IMG/VR virus record: IMGVR_UViG_3300022204_000008
Coordinates: 1 to 40,075 of that record
Source of the DNA: a virus
Taxonomy: Duplodnaviria > Caudoviricetes
Reading direction: 5' to 3' (one strand)
DNA length: 40,075 bases
Under the pieces are notes generated by a model, which did not search any database, was not told where the DNA came from, and saw nothing but the letters and a program-made list of their open reading frames with translations. The translations under genes and the position numbers were made by a program. Positions 7,108 through 14,830 of the stretch are shown here, one piece after another. Numbering within the stretch: the stretch's first letter is position 1; each line of letters starts with the position of its first letter.

Positions 7108-7946
7108 CCACCGAACTTGAACAACTGGCCGAGAAGGAAAAATATTACAAAGTGCTGGCGGCGAATGGTGCCGCCCCCTTCGGTCAAGGGATTTGGCACC
7201 TGCCACGGGGGGACAAGCCCGGAAAGTGGATGCCTTCTGTCAAGGGAAGGCTGAAGCCGTGCGAGAACGGCTACCACGTGGTCACCCGTGACGGGCTGAT
7301 TGATTGGCTGGGACCGGAGTTGTACGAGGTAGAGGTAAGCGGCGAGGGGGTACCCAAGGATGAGCACGTACTGGTGGTGCGGAGGACCCGGTTGATTCGG
7401 CGGCTACCGGAATGGAACGAGATCACCGCCCGGCTGTTTGCCGCCGACTGCGCCGAGCGGGTCCTGCCGGTTTTTGAGAAAAGCAATCCGGGGGACGACC
7501 GTCCGCGAAAAGCCATTGAGGCGGCACGCGCTTTCGCACAGGGAGAAATCAGCGAAGAAGATTTGGCCGCCGCCAGGGACGCCGCCAGGGACGCCGCCTG
7601 GGCCGCCGCCAGGGAGGCCGCCAGGGACGCCGCCAAGGTCGCCGCCTGGGAGGCCGCCTGGGCCGCCGCCAGGGCCGCCGCCTGGGAGGCCGCCTGGGAC
7701 GCCGCCTGGGACGCCGCCAGGGCCGCCGCCTGGGACGCCGCCTGGGACGCCACCTGGGCCGCCGCCTGGGCCGCCGCCTGGGACGCCGCCTGGGACGCCA
7801 CCAGGGCCGCCGCCTGGGACGCCACCAGGGCCGCCACCAGGGACGCCGCCTGGGACGCCACCAGGGCCGCCACCAGGGACGCCGCCTGGGACGCCGAGCG
7901 GCAATGGCAGACGCAACGCCTGTTGTCCTGTTTGGAGGGCGGCTGA
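7104..7946 (+). CDS. Imm5-like domain protein with 27 AA(W/R)(D/A/E) tetrapeptide repeats
   Basis: ARLFAADCAERVLPVFE...DDRPRKAIEAARAFAQGE core followed by the repeats; ATGA coupling to bet. Confidence 0.8.
   Translation: MTTELEQLAEKEKYYKVLAANGAAPFGQGIWHLPRGDKPGKWMPSVKGRLKPCENGYHVVTRDGLIDWLGPELYEVEVSGEGVPKDEHVLVVRRTRLIRRLPEWNEITARLFAADCAERVLPVFEKSNPGDDRPRKAIEAARAFAQGEISEEDLAAARDAARDAAWAAAREAARDAAKVAAWEAAWAAARAAAWEAAWDAAWDAARAAAWDAAWDATWAAAWAAAWDAAWDATRAAAWDATRAATRDAAWDATRAATRDAAWDAERQWQTQRLLSCLEGG
7569..7892 (+). repeat. 12-bp minisatellite (GCC RCC WGG GMC), 27 units
   Basis: Units counted from the translation. Confidence 0.9.
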
Positions 7947-8149
7947 TGGCCGAGAAGGAACCCTATCGCAAGATCCACCCGCGCATCCACGCGGATGCCG
8001 CGTTCCGGGCGCTGCTGGATGGGTGGAAAACGATGACGCGCAGGCCGGTGAAGCCGCAGCCAACAGGCGATTGGAAAATTCAGTGCTTGTATCTCGATAC
8101 GCATGAGACCGCTGTTTGCCTGGTCCTCAAATTCAAGGGGGCGGGGTGA
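7946..8149 (+). CDS. Short hypothetical protein with an ASCH-like N-terminal motif
   Basis: RALLDGWKTMTRRPVKPQP resembles the ASCH GxKTxTRR motif; TGATG coupling on both sides. Confidence 0.55.
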   Translation: MAEKEPYRKIHPRIHADAAFRALLDGWKTMTRRPVKPQPTGDWKIQCLYLDTHETAVCLVLKFKGAG

Positions 8150-9351
8150 TGCGATACGCCACCGTTTGTTCCGGTATTGAGGCCCCCTCAATGGCCTGGC
8201 GCCAGCTTGGCTGGGAACCGGTGTTTTTTTCCGAGATCGAACCATTCCCTTGCGGGGTGCTCGCCCATCATTACCCGGACGTGCCCAATCTGGGCGACAT
8301 GACGCAGATCGACGGGAGCGCGTGGCGGGGGAAGATCGACCTGCTGGCCGGGGGGACTCCATGCCAGTCGTTTTCCGTGGCCGGGCTGCGCCAGTCACTG
8401 GATGACGCGCGTGGCAACCTCACCCTCAAATTTGTAGAGATCTACCATGCAACAGAAGCTGTTTGGGGTCTGTGGGAAAACGTCCCCGGCGTCCTCTCCA
8501 CCCGTGACAACGCATTCGGCTGTTTCCTGGCGGGCCTTGTCGGAGCGGACATCCCCCTCGTCAGTCCACTTGAACGCGGACGGTGGCCGGGTGCGGGTAT
8601 GGTTGGCGGACCCCGGGCGCGAGCAGCTTGGCGGATTCTCGACGCTCAATATTTCGGTCTGGCCCAACGACGCCAGCGTGTGTTCGTTGTCGTCGGTTCT
8701 GGACCCGACGCCGATCCCGCAGCGGTACTTTTTGAGCCCGAAGGCGTGCGCGGGAATCCTGCGCCGCGCCGAGAAGCGGGGTCGGGAGTTGCCGCCCTCA
8801 CTGCGAGTGGCGTTGGAACATGTGGCGCAGACGACAACCAGGCCCAAAGCGGCCACCTGATTGCGGCGGATGTCGCGGCACCGCTTACCACCTCACCCCA
8901 TGCGGATAACGAGGCCCAAGAATCCCGGCTGGTAATCATGGCCCACGGCCAAGGCGGCGCGGAAATCAGTGACGATGGGACGACCCCTACCCTCACTTGC
9001 AATCACGAAGCGCCGATCGTTGTCCATACCCTGCGCGGGGAAGGTTTTGACGCCAGCGAGGCTGGCAAGCGGTGCGGCACAAACCCGAAGCCCGGCGACC
9101 CGTGCCACCCGCTAGCCGCTGGCGCGCACCCTCCGGCGGTGGCCGCGCAAATGTCCGTCCGCCGCCTGATCCCCCGTGAGTGCGAATGGTTGCAGGGCTT
9201 TCCCGGTGGCTACACGCTGGTTCCATACCGGAACAAACCGGCTGATCGATGCCCGGACGGCCCGCGCTACAAGGCGCTGGGAAACAGTTGGGCTGTGCCA
9301 TGCGGCCGGTGGATTGGGGAACGGATTGCAATGGTTGAGGGGGTGCTATGA
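8149..9351 (+). CDS. DNA (cytosine-5) methyltransferase, orphan
   Basis: Motifs I (VCSGIEA), IV (GGTPCQSFS), VI (WENVPG), VIII (QRRQRVF), IX (RRLIPREC..LQGFP) and X (YKALGNS). Confidence 0.93.
   Translation: MRYATVCSGIEAPSMAWRQLGWEPVFFSEIEPFPCGVLAHHYPDVPNLGDMTQIDGSAWRGKIDLLAGGTPCQSFSVAGLRQSLDDARGNLTLKFVEIYHATEAVWGLWENVPGVLSTRDNAFGCFLAGLVGADIPLVSPLERGRWPGAGMVGGPRARAAWRILDAQYFGLAQRRQRVFVVVGSGPDADPAAVLFEPEGVRGNPAPRREAGSGVAALTASGVGTCGADDNQAQSGHLIAADVAAPLTTSPHADNEAQESRLVIMAHGQGGAEISDDGTTPTLTCNHEAPIVVHTLRGEGFDASEAGKRCGTNPKPGDPCHPLAAGAHPPAVAAQMSVRRLIPRECEWLQGFPGGYTLVPYRNKPADRCPDGPRYKALGNSWAVPCGRWIGERIAMVEGVL
8447..8860 (+). CDS. Nested +1-frame ORF, putative MTase beta-subunit-like polypeptide
   Basis: NISVWPNDASVCSLSSVLD...PQRYFLSPKACAGILRRAEKRG. 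Position and pattern resemble the alternative-frame beta subunit of M.EcoHK31I. Confidence 0.55.
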   Translation: MQQKLFGVCGKTSPASSPPVTTHSAVSWRALSERTSPSSVHLNADGGRVRVWLADPGREQLGGFSTLNISVWPNDASVCSLSSVLDPTPIPQRYFLSPKACAGILRRAEKRGRELPPSLRVALEHVAQTTTRPKAAT

Positions 9352-9674
9352 CCCACTCCATGACTGTGTTTCTGGCCCAGTACGCCACCGTGCTGCTGCT
9401 GGGGATGCAAAGCCTGAACGTGAACGGGGGGCATTACGTGCTGGCGGCAGTTACCTCTTTCGGCCTGGGCGCCGGGGGGTATTACCTGACGGCGGTGATT
9501 GCCCAGGCGGGCAACGAAGGGGTTGGCAGTGGGGTGTGGATCGCGTTTGTGGCGGCCGGGCCGTGCGGGATTGTCACCGCCATGCGCATCCATCCGTGGC
9601 TGCGGGCCCGGTTGGGAAAACCGAAGGGGGCGGTGTGTGAGCGGCGGTGTGGGTGGTGGAATTTAAGGAGGTGA
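9348..9674 (+). CDS. Multi-pass membrane protein
   Basis: ATGA coupling; three hydrophobic segments. Confidence 0.7.
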   Translation: MTHSMTVFLAQYATVLLLGMQSLNVNGGHYVLAAVTSFGLGAGGYYLTAVIAQAGNEGVGSGVWIAFVAAGPCGIVTAMRIHPWLRARLGKPKGAVCERRCGWWNLRR

Positions 9675-9758
9675 GGGGCGATGGTCTACGCTGACGCCGC
9701 CACCCGCCGTTAATCACGCGGCTACGACAATTAGTTTGACCGGTAAGGAGAAAATACA

Positions 9759-9998
9759 ATGGCAATGATTGATTACTATTTGTGTGATCTCTGCGGAGAA
9801 AAATGCTTTTACGACGCCAATGTGCGGTGGAAAAGTACCAATGTCGGAGACATCCGTGCTCTTTGCACGGAATGTGCAAAAGAGGCCCGCATTGAAGTTG
9901 TGCGTGGAAAAGGGAGGGTCCGTGATATCGGTACTGAACGTGGTGGGCATACCTATGTGCTAACGGAGCGTGCGAAGAATAAAGAGAGGATAAAATGA
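9759..9998 (+). CDS. Small zinc-finger protein
   Basis: AAGGAG RBS; CDLC...CTEC. Confidence 0.7.
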   Translation: MAMIDYYLCDLCGEKCFYDANVRWKSTNVGDIRALCTECAKEARIEVVRGKGRVRDIGTERGGHTYVLTERAKNKERIK

Positions 9999-10393
9999 AC
10001 GACAAGCCCGAGTGCTGGTACGACGGATCCGGCAAGTACGAACTTCACCCGGAGGGGACGGCTGCGGAGATTGACCGGCTGCGCACCGTATGCTCCGAAG
10101 CATACCAGATGGCGGGGGCACTCGATGCCCCAGTTCCCGTTCTCGATAACCTGTCGGCTGCGGCAAACGGCCGGCCACTTCCACACGAAACCTTCCTGCC
10201 CGTGGAGACGCCGGATCTGCTTGCTGAGATTGACCGGCTGCGTACAGAACTGACTGACCTGACCGCCGGAGAAGACCAGCAGCTTGGCGCCTACTATCTC
10301 GTGGACGAGAAAACGCTGCGGGAGATGGAAGAACTCCGCACAGACGCTGAGAAGTGGCGCAGGTTTTCCGAGGGGATGGAGGGAGAGGGGTGA
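9995..10393 (+). CDS. Hypothetical protein (AEIDRLR coiled-coil motifs)
   Basis: ATGA coupling; AEIDRLRT occurs twice. Confidence 0.7.
   Translation: MNDKPECWYDGSGKYELHPEGTAAEIDRLRTVCSEAYQMAGALDAPVPVLDNLSAAANGRPLPHETFLPVETPDLLAEIDRLRTELTDLTAGEDQQLGAYYLVDEKTLREMEELRTDAEKWRRFSEGMEGEG
9998..10056 (+). repeat. 59-bp direct repeat, copy 1
   Basis: Identical to 10770-10828 (encodes NDKPECWYDGSGKYELHPEG). Confidence 0.95.
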
Positions 10394-10761
10394 AGCGCAT
10401 CCTCCCCATCCTGTTCCTGCTCGCCGCTTGTGGGCAAGCCGATGCCCTTACGCCGCAGCCGCCGGGGGTCTACGTTGACGAAACCTATGTGACCTATTTG
10501 GCCGCGCAGTTCGCCGAGGCACAGGATTGCGCGGACCTGCCCGCGGGTGCTTTCGCGGACCTGTCCGTGGTGCAGATGCCTCCTAAGTTCCCGTGCCGGT
10601 GGTACGTCGCCGGGTGCTCAGGCGAGTACCTGCCGCCCAACACGATCCTGCTGGGCAGCCGCGTCGCGTGGAAACATGAGGTGCTTCACTATCTGCTGTA
10701 CGTCAACACGGGTGACGCAGATGCTGGACACGCAAGTGATCTTTTTGGGAGGTGTGAGTGA
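10390..10761 (+). CDS. Lipoprotein with HEXXH zincin-like motif
   Basis: GTGA coupling; signal (M)KRILPILFLLAAC (lipobox); WKHEVLHYL. Confidence 0.7.
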   Translation: MKRILPILFLLAACGQADALTPQPPGVYVDETYVTYLAAQFAEAQDCADLPAGAFADLSVVQMPPKFPCRWYVAGCSGEYLPPNTILLGSRVAWKHEVLHYLLYVNTGDADAGHASDLFGRCE

Positions 10762-11063
10762 TGAGCACAAACGACAAGCCCGAGTGCTGGTACGACGGAT
10801 CCGGCAAGTACGAACTTCACCCGGAGGGCACCGACGCGGAGTTGCAGGGATTTTGGAATAACGCCTGGAAGCGGACAAGAAGAAGTATCTGGAATACGAC
10901 GCGCAATTTTATACTAGATGCGGGAAACACAAGAGCAAATGTGGGACGTTCCTGTTCGATGGTGGATATGCATGGCGGGGTAAGGAGTTGTGCAACTCCT
11001 GCCACGGTAATCTGCCGGAGAACCGGCACGATTGGGGAGGATAAACCATGTCCACCTTCATAA
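10761..11063 (+). CDS. Hypothetical protein sharing its N-terminus with 9995-10393; possibly frameshifted
   Basis: Begins with the 59-bp repeat. A more protein-like Cys-rich frame runs 10862-11044. Confidence 0.45.
   Translation: MSTNDKPECWYDGSGKYELHPEGTDAELQGFWNNAWKRTRRSIWNTTRNFILDAGNTRANVGRSCSMVDMHGGVRSCATPATVICRRTGTIGEDKPCPPS
10770..10828 (+). repeat. 59-bp direct repeat, copy 2
   Basis: Identical to 9998-10056. Confidence 0.95.
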
Positions 11064-12049
11064 AACGCGGCTCCCGCTGGCAGGTGCGTATCCGTGACAA
11101 CGGCATTTCCGCTTCCAGGACATTCGACACCAAGAGGGAATGTCTGCTGTGGGCGCGGCGGTACGAGCCTGAGAGCGCCGATCCAAAACACACCGTGCGC
11201 GATCTCCTATTCCTGTACACCGAAAAGGTGCTCTCCCACAAGCGCGAGAGCACAAGGCGGATTCAACTGCCGCAGATCAGTTGGTGGACGGCACAGATCG
11301 GCTCAATGGATATTTCCAATCTCCAACCATCTCACATCGGGGATGCATTGGATGCTCTGGAAGGCCGTAGCGGGGCCACCAAGCGACGATATGTGTCCGT
11401 TCTGTCCCATGCCCTTGAGTTCGCAGTTGTTGATCGCCAGTGGCTTTCCAGCAATCCGGCGAAGCGGCTGAACAAGAATGCCTTGGGACTGCGGGAATCA
11501 AAGGGAAGGTGCCGTTTCCTGTCAATGGAGGAGCGCGAAAGGCTGCTTGGAGCATGCCGATCCTCGCGCAACCCGCTTTTGCATGCTGCGGTTCTCGTTG
11601 CGCTTGCCACCGGAATGCGGGCGGGAGAACAGTTCGGCCTCACCTGGGACCGGGTTGATCTAAGAAGCGGAAGGCTGCGGCTGGAGGACACCAAGAACGG
11701 TGAATCTCGCGTATGCCACGTTTCCGGCCCGGCGCTGGATGCGCTGAGGGGAATCATCCGAAGATTGGATTCTCCCTACGTGTTTACCTCCGCTTCCGGT
11801 AGCGGCCCCATGGTGGTCCGCACCGCATGGGAATCGGCAGTCAACCGGGCTGGGCTGGGCGATTTCAGGTGGCACGACTTGCGCCACAGTTTTGCCAGCG
11901 AGTTGGCGATGAGCGGAGCCACGCTTGCGGAACTGGCGGAGGCCATGGGACACAAGACGCTGACAATGGTAAAGCGTTACGCACACCTGACAGAGGGGCA
12001 TACATCCTCGGTGGTGCGGCGGATGCAGGAAAGGGTGTTTGGAGGATAG
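11048..12049 (+). CDS. int: Tyrosine recombinase/integrase
   Basis: Catalytic residues TGMR, TKNG, HDLRH, GHKT and RYAH; N-terminal KRG.RWQVRIR...SRTFDTK; GGAGG RBS. Confidence 0.95.
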   Translation: MSTFIKRGSRWQVRIRDNGISASRTFDTKRECLLWARRYEPESADPKHTVRDLLFLYTEKVLSHKRESTRRIQLPQISWWTAQIGSMDISNLQPSHIGDALDALEGRSGATKRRYVSVLSHALEFAVVDRQWLSSNPAKRLNKNALGLRESKGRCRFLSMEERERLLGACRSSRNPLLHAAVLVALATGMRAGEQFGLTWDRVDLRSGRLRLEDTKNGESRVCHVSGPALDALRGIIRRLDSPYVFTSASGSGPMVVRTAWESAVNRAGLGDFRWHDLRHSFASELAMSGATLAELAEAMGHKTLTMVKRYAHLTEGHTSSVVRRMQERVFGG

Positions 12050-12051
12050 GT

Positions 12052-12276
12052 ATGAGATTCATACATTGGCTATACGCAACATTTTTGGGCACCTTCTGGA
12101 TTCCGTGCGAAAGGTGCAAGGTGGGATTTGGAGGGCATGAGGTAGCCCACAACTCAGCCGCAACTTACGTTGAAGGCGACGATGGACTAAAACATCTTTA
12201 CATGCTGTGTCCGTGGTGTACATACGAGTTGGGAGGCGGGGTTGTGTGGCGGAAAGAAGACGGGGAGGACATCTGA
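12052..12276 (+). CDS. Small zinc-finger hypothetical protein (74 aa)
   Basis: GGAGGA RBS; CERC...CPWC. Confidence 0.65.
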   Translation: MRFIHWLYATFLGTFWIPCERCKVGFGGHEVAHNSAATYVEGDDGLKHLYMLCPWCTYELGGGVVWRKEDGEDI

Positions 12277-12292
12277 ATGAGCAAAGCATTGA

Positions 12293-12362
12293 AGCGCCCC
12301 CTCCGGCAGACCCGCTAGCTGATCTGCTTAGGCAGGGTGCCGTGGGAGGAAGAGGGGGCGCT
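12293..12362. terminator. Long inverted repeat at the early/late convergence
   Basis: AGCGCCCCCTC...GAGGGGGCGCT outer stem and CGGCA/TGCCG inner stem; no clear U-tract. Confidence 0.4.
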
Positions 12363-12478
12363 ATTGGTTAGCCGCATTCTTTTTGCGGCAAGGATCTAGA
12401 TCATCAAGAGGTATCCACCAATCTGGTATGCTTGAGGCATGAGACAGGTCTGGTTGGAAATATCGGCAATCTTCTGGA

Positions 12479-14830
12479 TCATTGTGTACGCTCTTGGCGT
12501 GGCTCTTGGTCTCCCTTGAGATCGGTGGCGATGTCTCCGGCGGCCATGGCAGTCCACCGTAGGATGTTGTAGGGGCGCGGTGCCACATCTCCCGTTCCAG
12601 TCAGCAACCTACGCCCCCAATCCGAAGTAAATAGCCTCCCGATGGTCATGTGGCGCAACAACCCACGAATCGCCGTCGGTCTCAATTCTCCAATCGCAGA
12701 AATGGTCTGTGCAGCTTCCAGGGATGTGCCAGCATCTGCCGCACCCATACGGAACATCTCATAAAGCCGGACATCCTCAAGGATTCTGCGGTCCTCCTTG
12801 GTCAACAATTGAAGTGCGCCAGAGGACCTGTATTTGTCCAGTACCCGTGTCAGGTCGGTGGCTTCTACCACCCTCAATCCGGTGCGCCCGCGTTCCGCCG
12901 CTGGCAGCACTTTCATCACATCATCCACGATGTTGTCGATCAGACCAGCCCGCACCGATTTGCTGAAGGCGCTGTTTGCCCCTTGGGTGCGCATGAGAAG
13001 CCGCAAGTCTTGGAGGCCGCGTGTATCCTGCCGATCTACCAGTTGACGTGCAAAGGCAGCATCCCGGCTTTGTTGCTCCATGGCGCGGCGTACCCCGGAT
13101 CTTTCCAGTCGCTCAAACTGGCGCCCCGCATTGCGTAGCTGCATTTGATCGAACGGAGAGATCAGTAGGTTCAACGTCTGCTTGTCGAAGGTATCCAGAT
13201 ACTCCCCCAGCCCACGCTGCGTCCCCTTGCGCAGAATCTCTGTACGGGCCGCCTCCTGAAAGCGTCCCCACTGCTGCCCCGGCATGGCCCTCCGAAGGTT
13301 TTGCAAATTTGTGGCATTGAGTGGCTGCACCAACTGACTTGCAAGCTGTTCCGGGGTCTCCGTGCGTGCCGCATTGGTTACAATGTTTAGCTCCCGAGTA
13401 TCGAATCTCTGCTTGGCCGCTGCGCGTGCCTCACGCCAAGCTCCTACGAACTCCGGATTTGTATTGCGGACATTGTCCATTGTGCGACTTAGTTCGCCGC
13501 GCATGCGCCTTGCAAGCAAGTCGGGAGCGCGTTCTCCTCCGCGTCCAGGTTGAGAAAGCTGGAAAAGCTCCGCCATAAGAGCGTTTAGCTGACCTACGCT
13601 GTCGGTTCCACCGACTTTCGGCAGGTTCGGGTCCAAAGCGATGATCTTATCCAGTATCTTATCCAGTTCGGGGGACGGATTCTCTCCGAGGCGCATCGTT
13701 CCTTGCGGCACCTCAATATTCCGTGGGACTCCTGTACGTGGATCAACTACCCGCTCTGTGATTGTGGGGCGAGCACCACGCACTCCAGCCCTTATCTGTC
13801 TGGCAACATCCTGTGCTGGAGTGATGTCTAGTCTGGGCACTTCGACGGCACGAGCGGCGGAATATAGCCCATCCACCACAGTTTTACTGTTCTGCCACCA
13901 CTGCTCAACGCCCTCTTGGAGGGCCTGTCCGCCCTCCTGAAGCGATACCGGTGGCTTGGTGATGCGGCGGCGGATTTCCCTGTCCGCCTGATTCATGGCA
14001 TTGGCGGCTTCGCGGATAATCTGACGACGCTCCGGACCACTCATACCGCGCATGAGATCGGAAATGAAGCCCGTCTGCTCCATCTCAGATCTGGCAACCG
14101 TCGGAACGGTCGCTCTGCTTTGGCGACCGATCAGTCGGATGATTGGATTATCCGATAGCTGATGTGGCATCAAGGGCGGTGCACCAAGCCGTTCACCTGC
14201 TTGCATGGCCTCAATCGACCCGGCAGGTACTCTGGTCAATCCGGCTCCGCGCACGGTATTCGCCATGGCTACCGCGCCTTCTCCGACAACGCCACCCGCC
14301 AAGCCTTCCGCGCCAGCGCCAAGAATTGACCGCACATTTACGTCGCCCTCTGGCTTCATCACTTGCCGCGCGGCTTCTCCGGCAGCGCCTCCCCCGGCTG
14401 GGGCCAGCATCCGAATCATCCGTCCGGCACCCCGCGTCCCGACCATGGCAGCGGTTTCCCCAGCCAGTTGTGGTACCGCGCCTGCCACGTCTGCAATGTC
14501 ACCGAACAGTTCCCATACATCCGGTGTGCCAGCCGGATCCACTGGCCGCAATTGCTCGTCTGGCTTCAGGCGGAAGAACATCTGCTCGCCATACCCAGGC
14601 AGAGTAGTCAACTCTCCCTGCGGCCACCTCTTTTTGAAAATGCCACGCGCCTCATCAACGTTATCTGCCAGCATGGACATCTTGGCGCGGGTCAATGGGT
14701 TCAGGCCGGGCTGTTGCTGCTGCTGACTGGAACGGAACTGTTGGCGCTGCTCAAGGGCTTGACTGAAATCAACCTCGCCGCCGATGCGTTCCTTCTTTCG
14801 ATTTTCGAGATCGGTAAAGAAGTCTGCCAT
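12479..14830 (-). CDS. Large DNA ejection (internal virion) protein
   Basis: Last gene of the late operon; Ala/Gly/Arg-rich and helical; P22 gp16-like position. Confidence 0.7.
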   Translation of the reverse strand: MADFFTDLENRKKERIGGEVDFSQALEQRQQFRSSQQQQQPGLNPLTRAKMSMLADNVDEARGIFKKRWPQGELTTLPGYGEQMFFRLKPDEQLRPVDPAGTPDVWELFGDIADVAGAVPQLAGETAAMVGTRGAGRMIRMLAPAGGGAAGEAARQVMKPEGDVNVRSILGAGAEGLAGGVVGEGAVAMANTVRGAGLTRVPAGSIEAMQAGERLGAPPLMPHQLSDNPIIRLIGRQSRATVPTVARSEMEQTGFISDLMRGMSGPERRQIIREAANAMNQADREIRRRITKPPVSLQEGGQALQEGVEQWWQNSKTVVDGLYSAARAVEVPRLDITPAQDVARQIRAGVRGARPTITERVVDPRTGVPRNIEVPQGTMRLGENPSPELDKILDKIIALDPNLPKVGGTDSVGQLNALMAELFQLSQPGRGGERAPDLLARRMRGELSRTMDNVRNTNPEFVGAWREARAAAKQRFDTRELNIVTNAARTETPEQLASQLVQPLNATNLQNLRRAMPGQQWGRFQEAARTEILRKGTQRGLGEYLDTFDKQTLNLLISPFDQMQLRNAGRQFERLERSGVRRAMEQQSRDAAFARQLVDRQDTRGLQDLRLLMRTQGANSAFSKSVRAGLIDNIVDDVMKVLPAAERGRTGLRVVEATDLTRVLDKYRSSGALQLLTKEDRRILEDVRLYEMFRMGAADAGTSLEAAQTISAIGELRPTAIRGLLRHMTIGRLFTSDWGRRLLTGTGDVAPRPYNILRWTAMAAGDIATDLKGDQEPRQERTQ

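Noticed and set aside
7569-7892. Diversity-generating retroelement (many unit differences involve A)
   Set aside because: No reverse transcriptase and no TR/VR pair. The paralogous array varies at non-A positions, so slippage explains it better.
7271-8398. Long antisense and alternative-frame ORFs (AASQ, GGVP, PPGT repeats)
   Set aside because: By-products of the 12-bp repeat; they conflict with the coupled + strand operon.
8149-9351. Complete restriction-modification system
   Set aside because: No cognate intact restriction endonuclease lies next to either MTase; orphan MTases are common in phages.
10845-10865. Programmed -1 frameshift at GGA TTT T
   Set aside because: The -1 frame meets TAA at 10859-10861 before reaching the Cys-rich segment.
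11048-12049. Shufflon (Rci-like) inversion system acting on tail fibres
   Set aside because: No inverted fibre cassettes or repeated crossover sites were seen; all tail genes are co-oriented.
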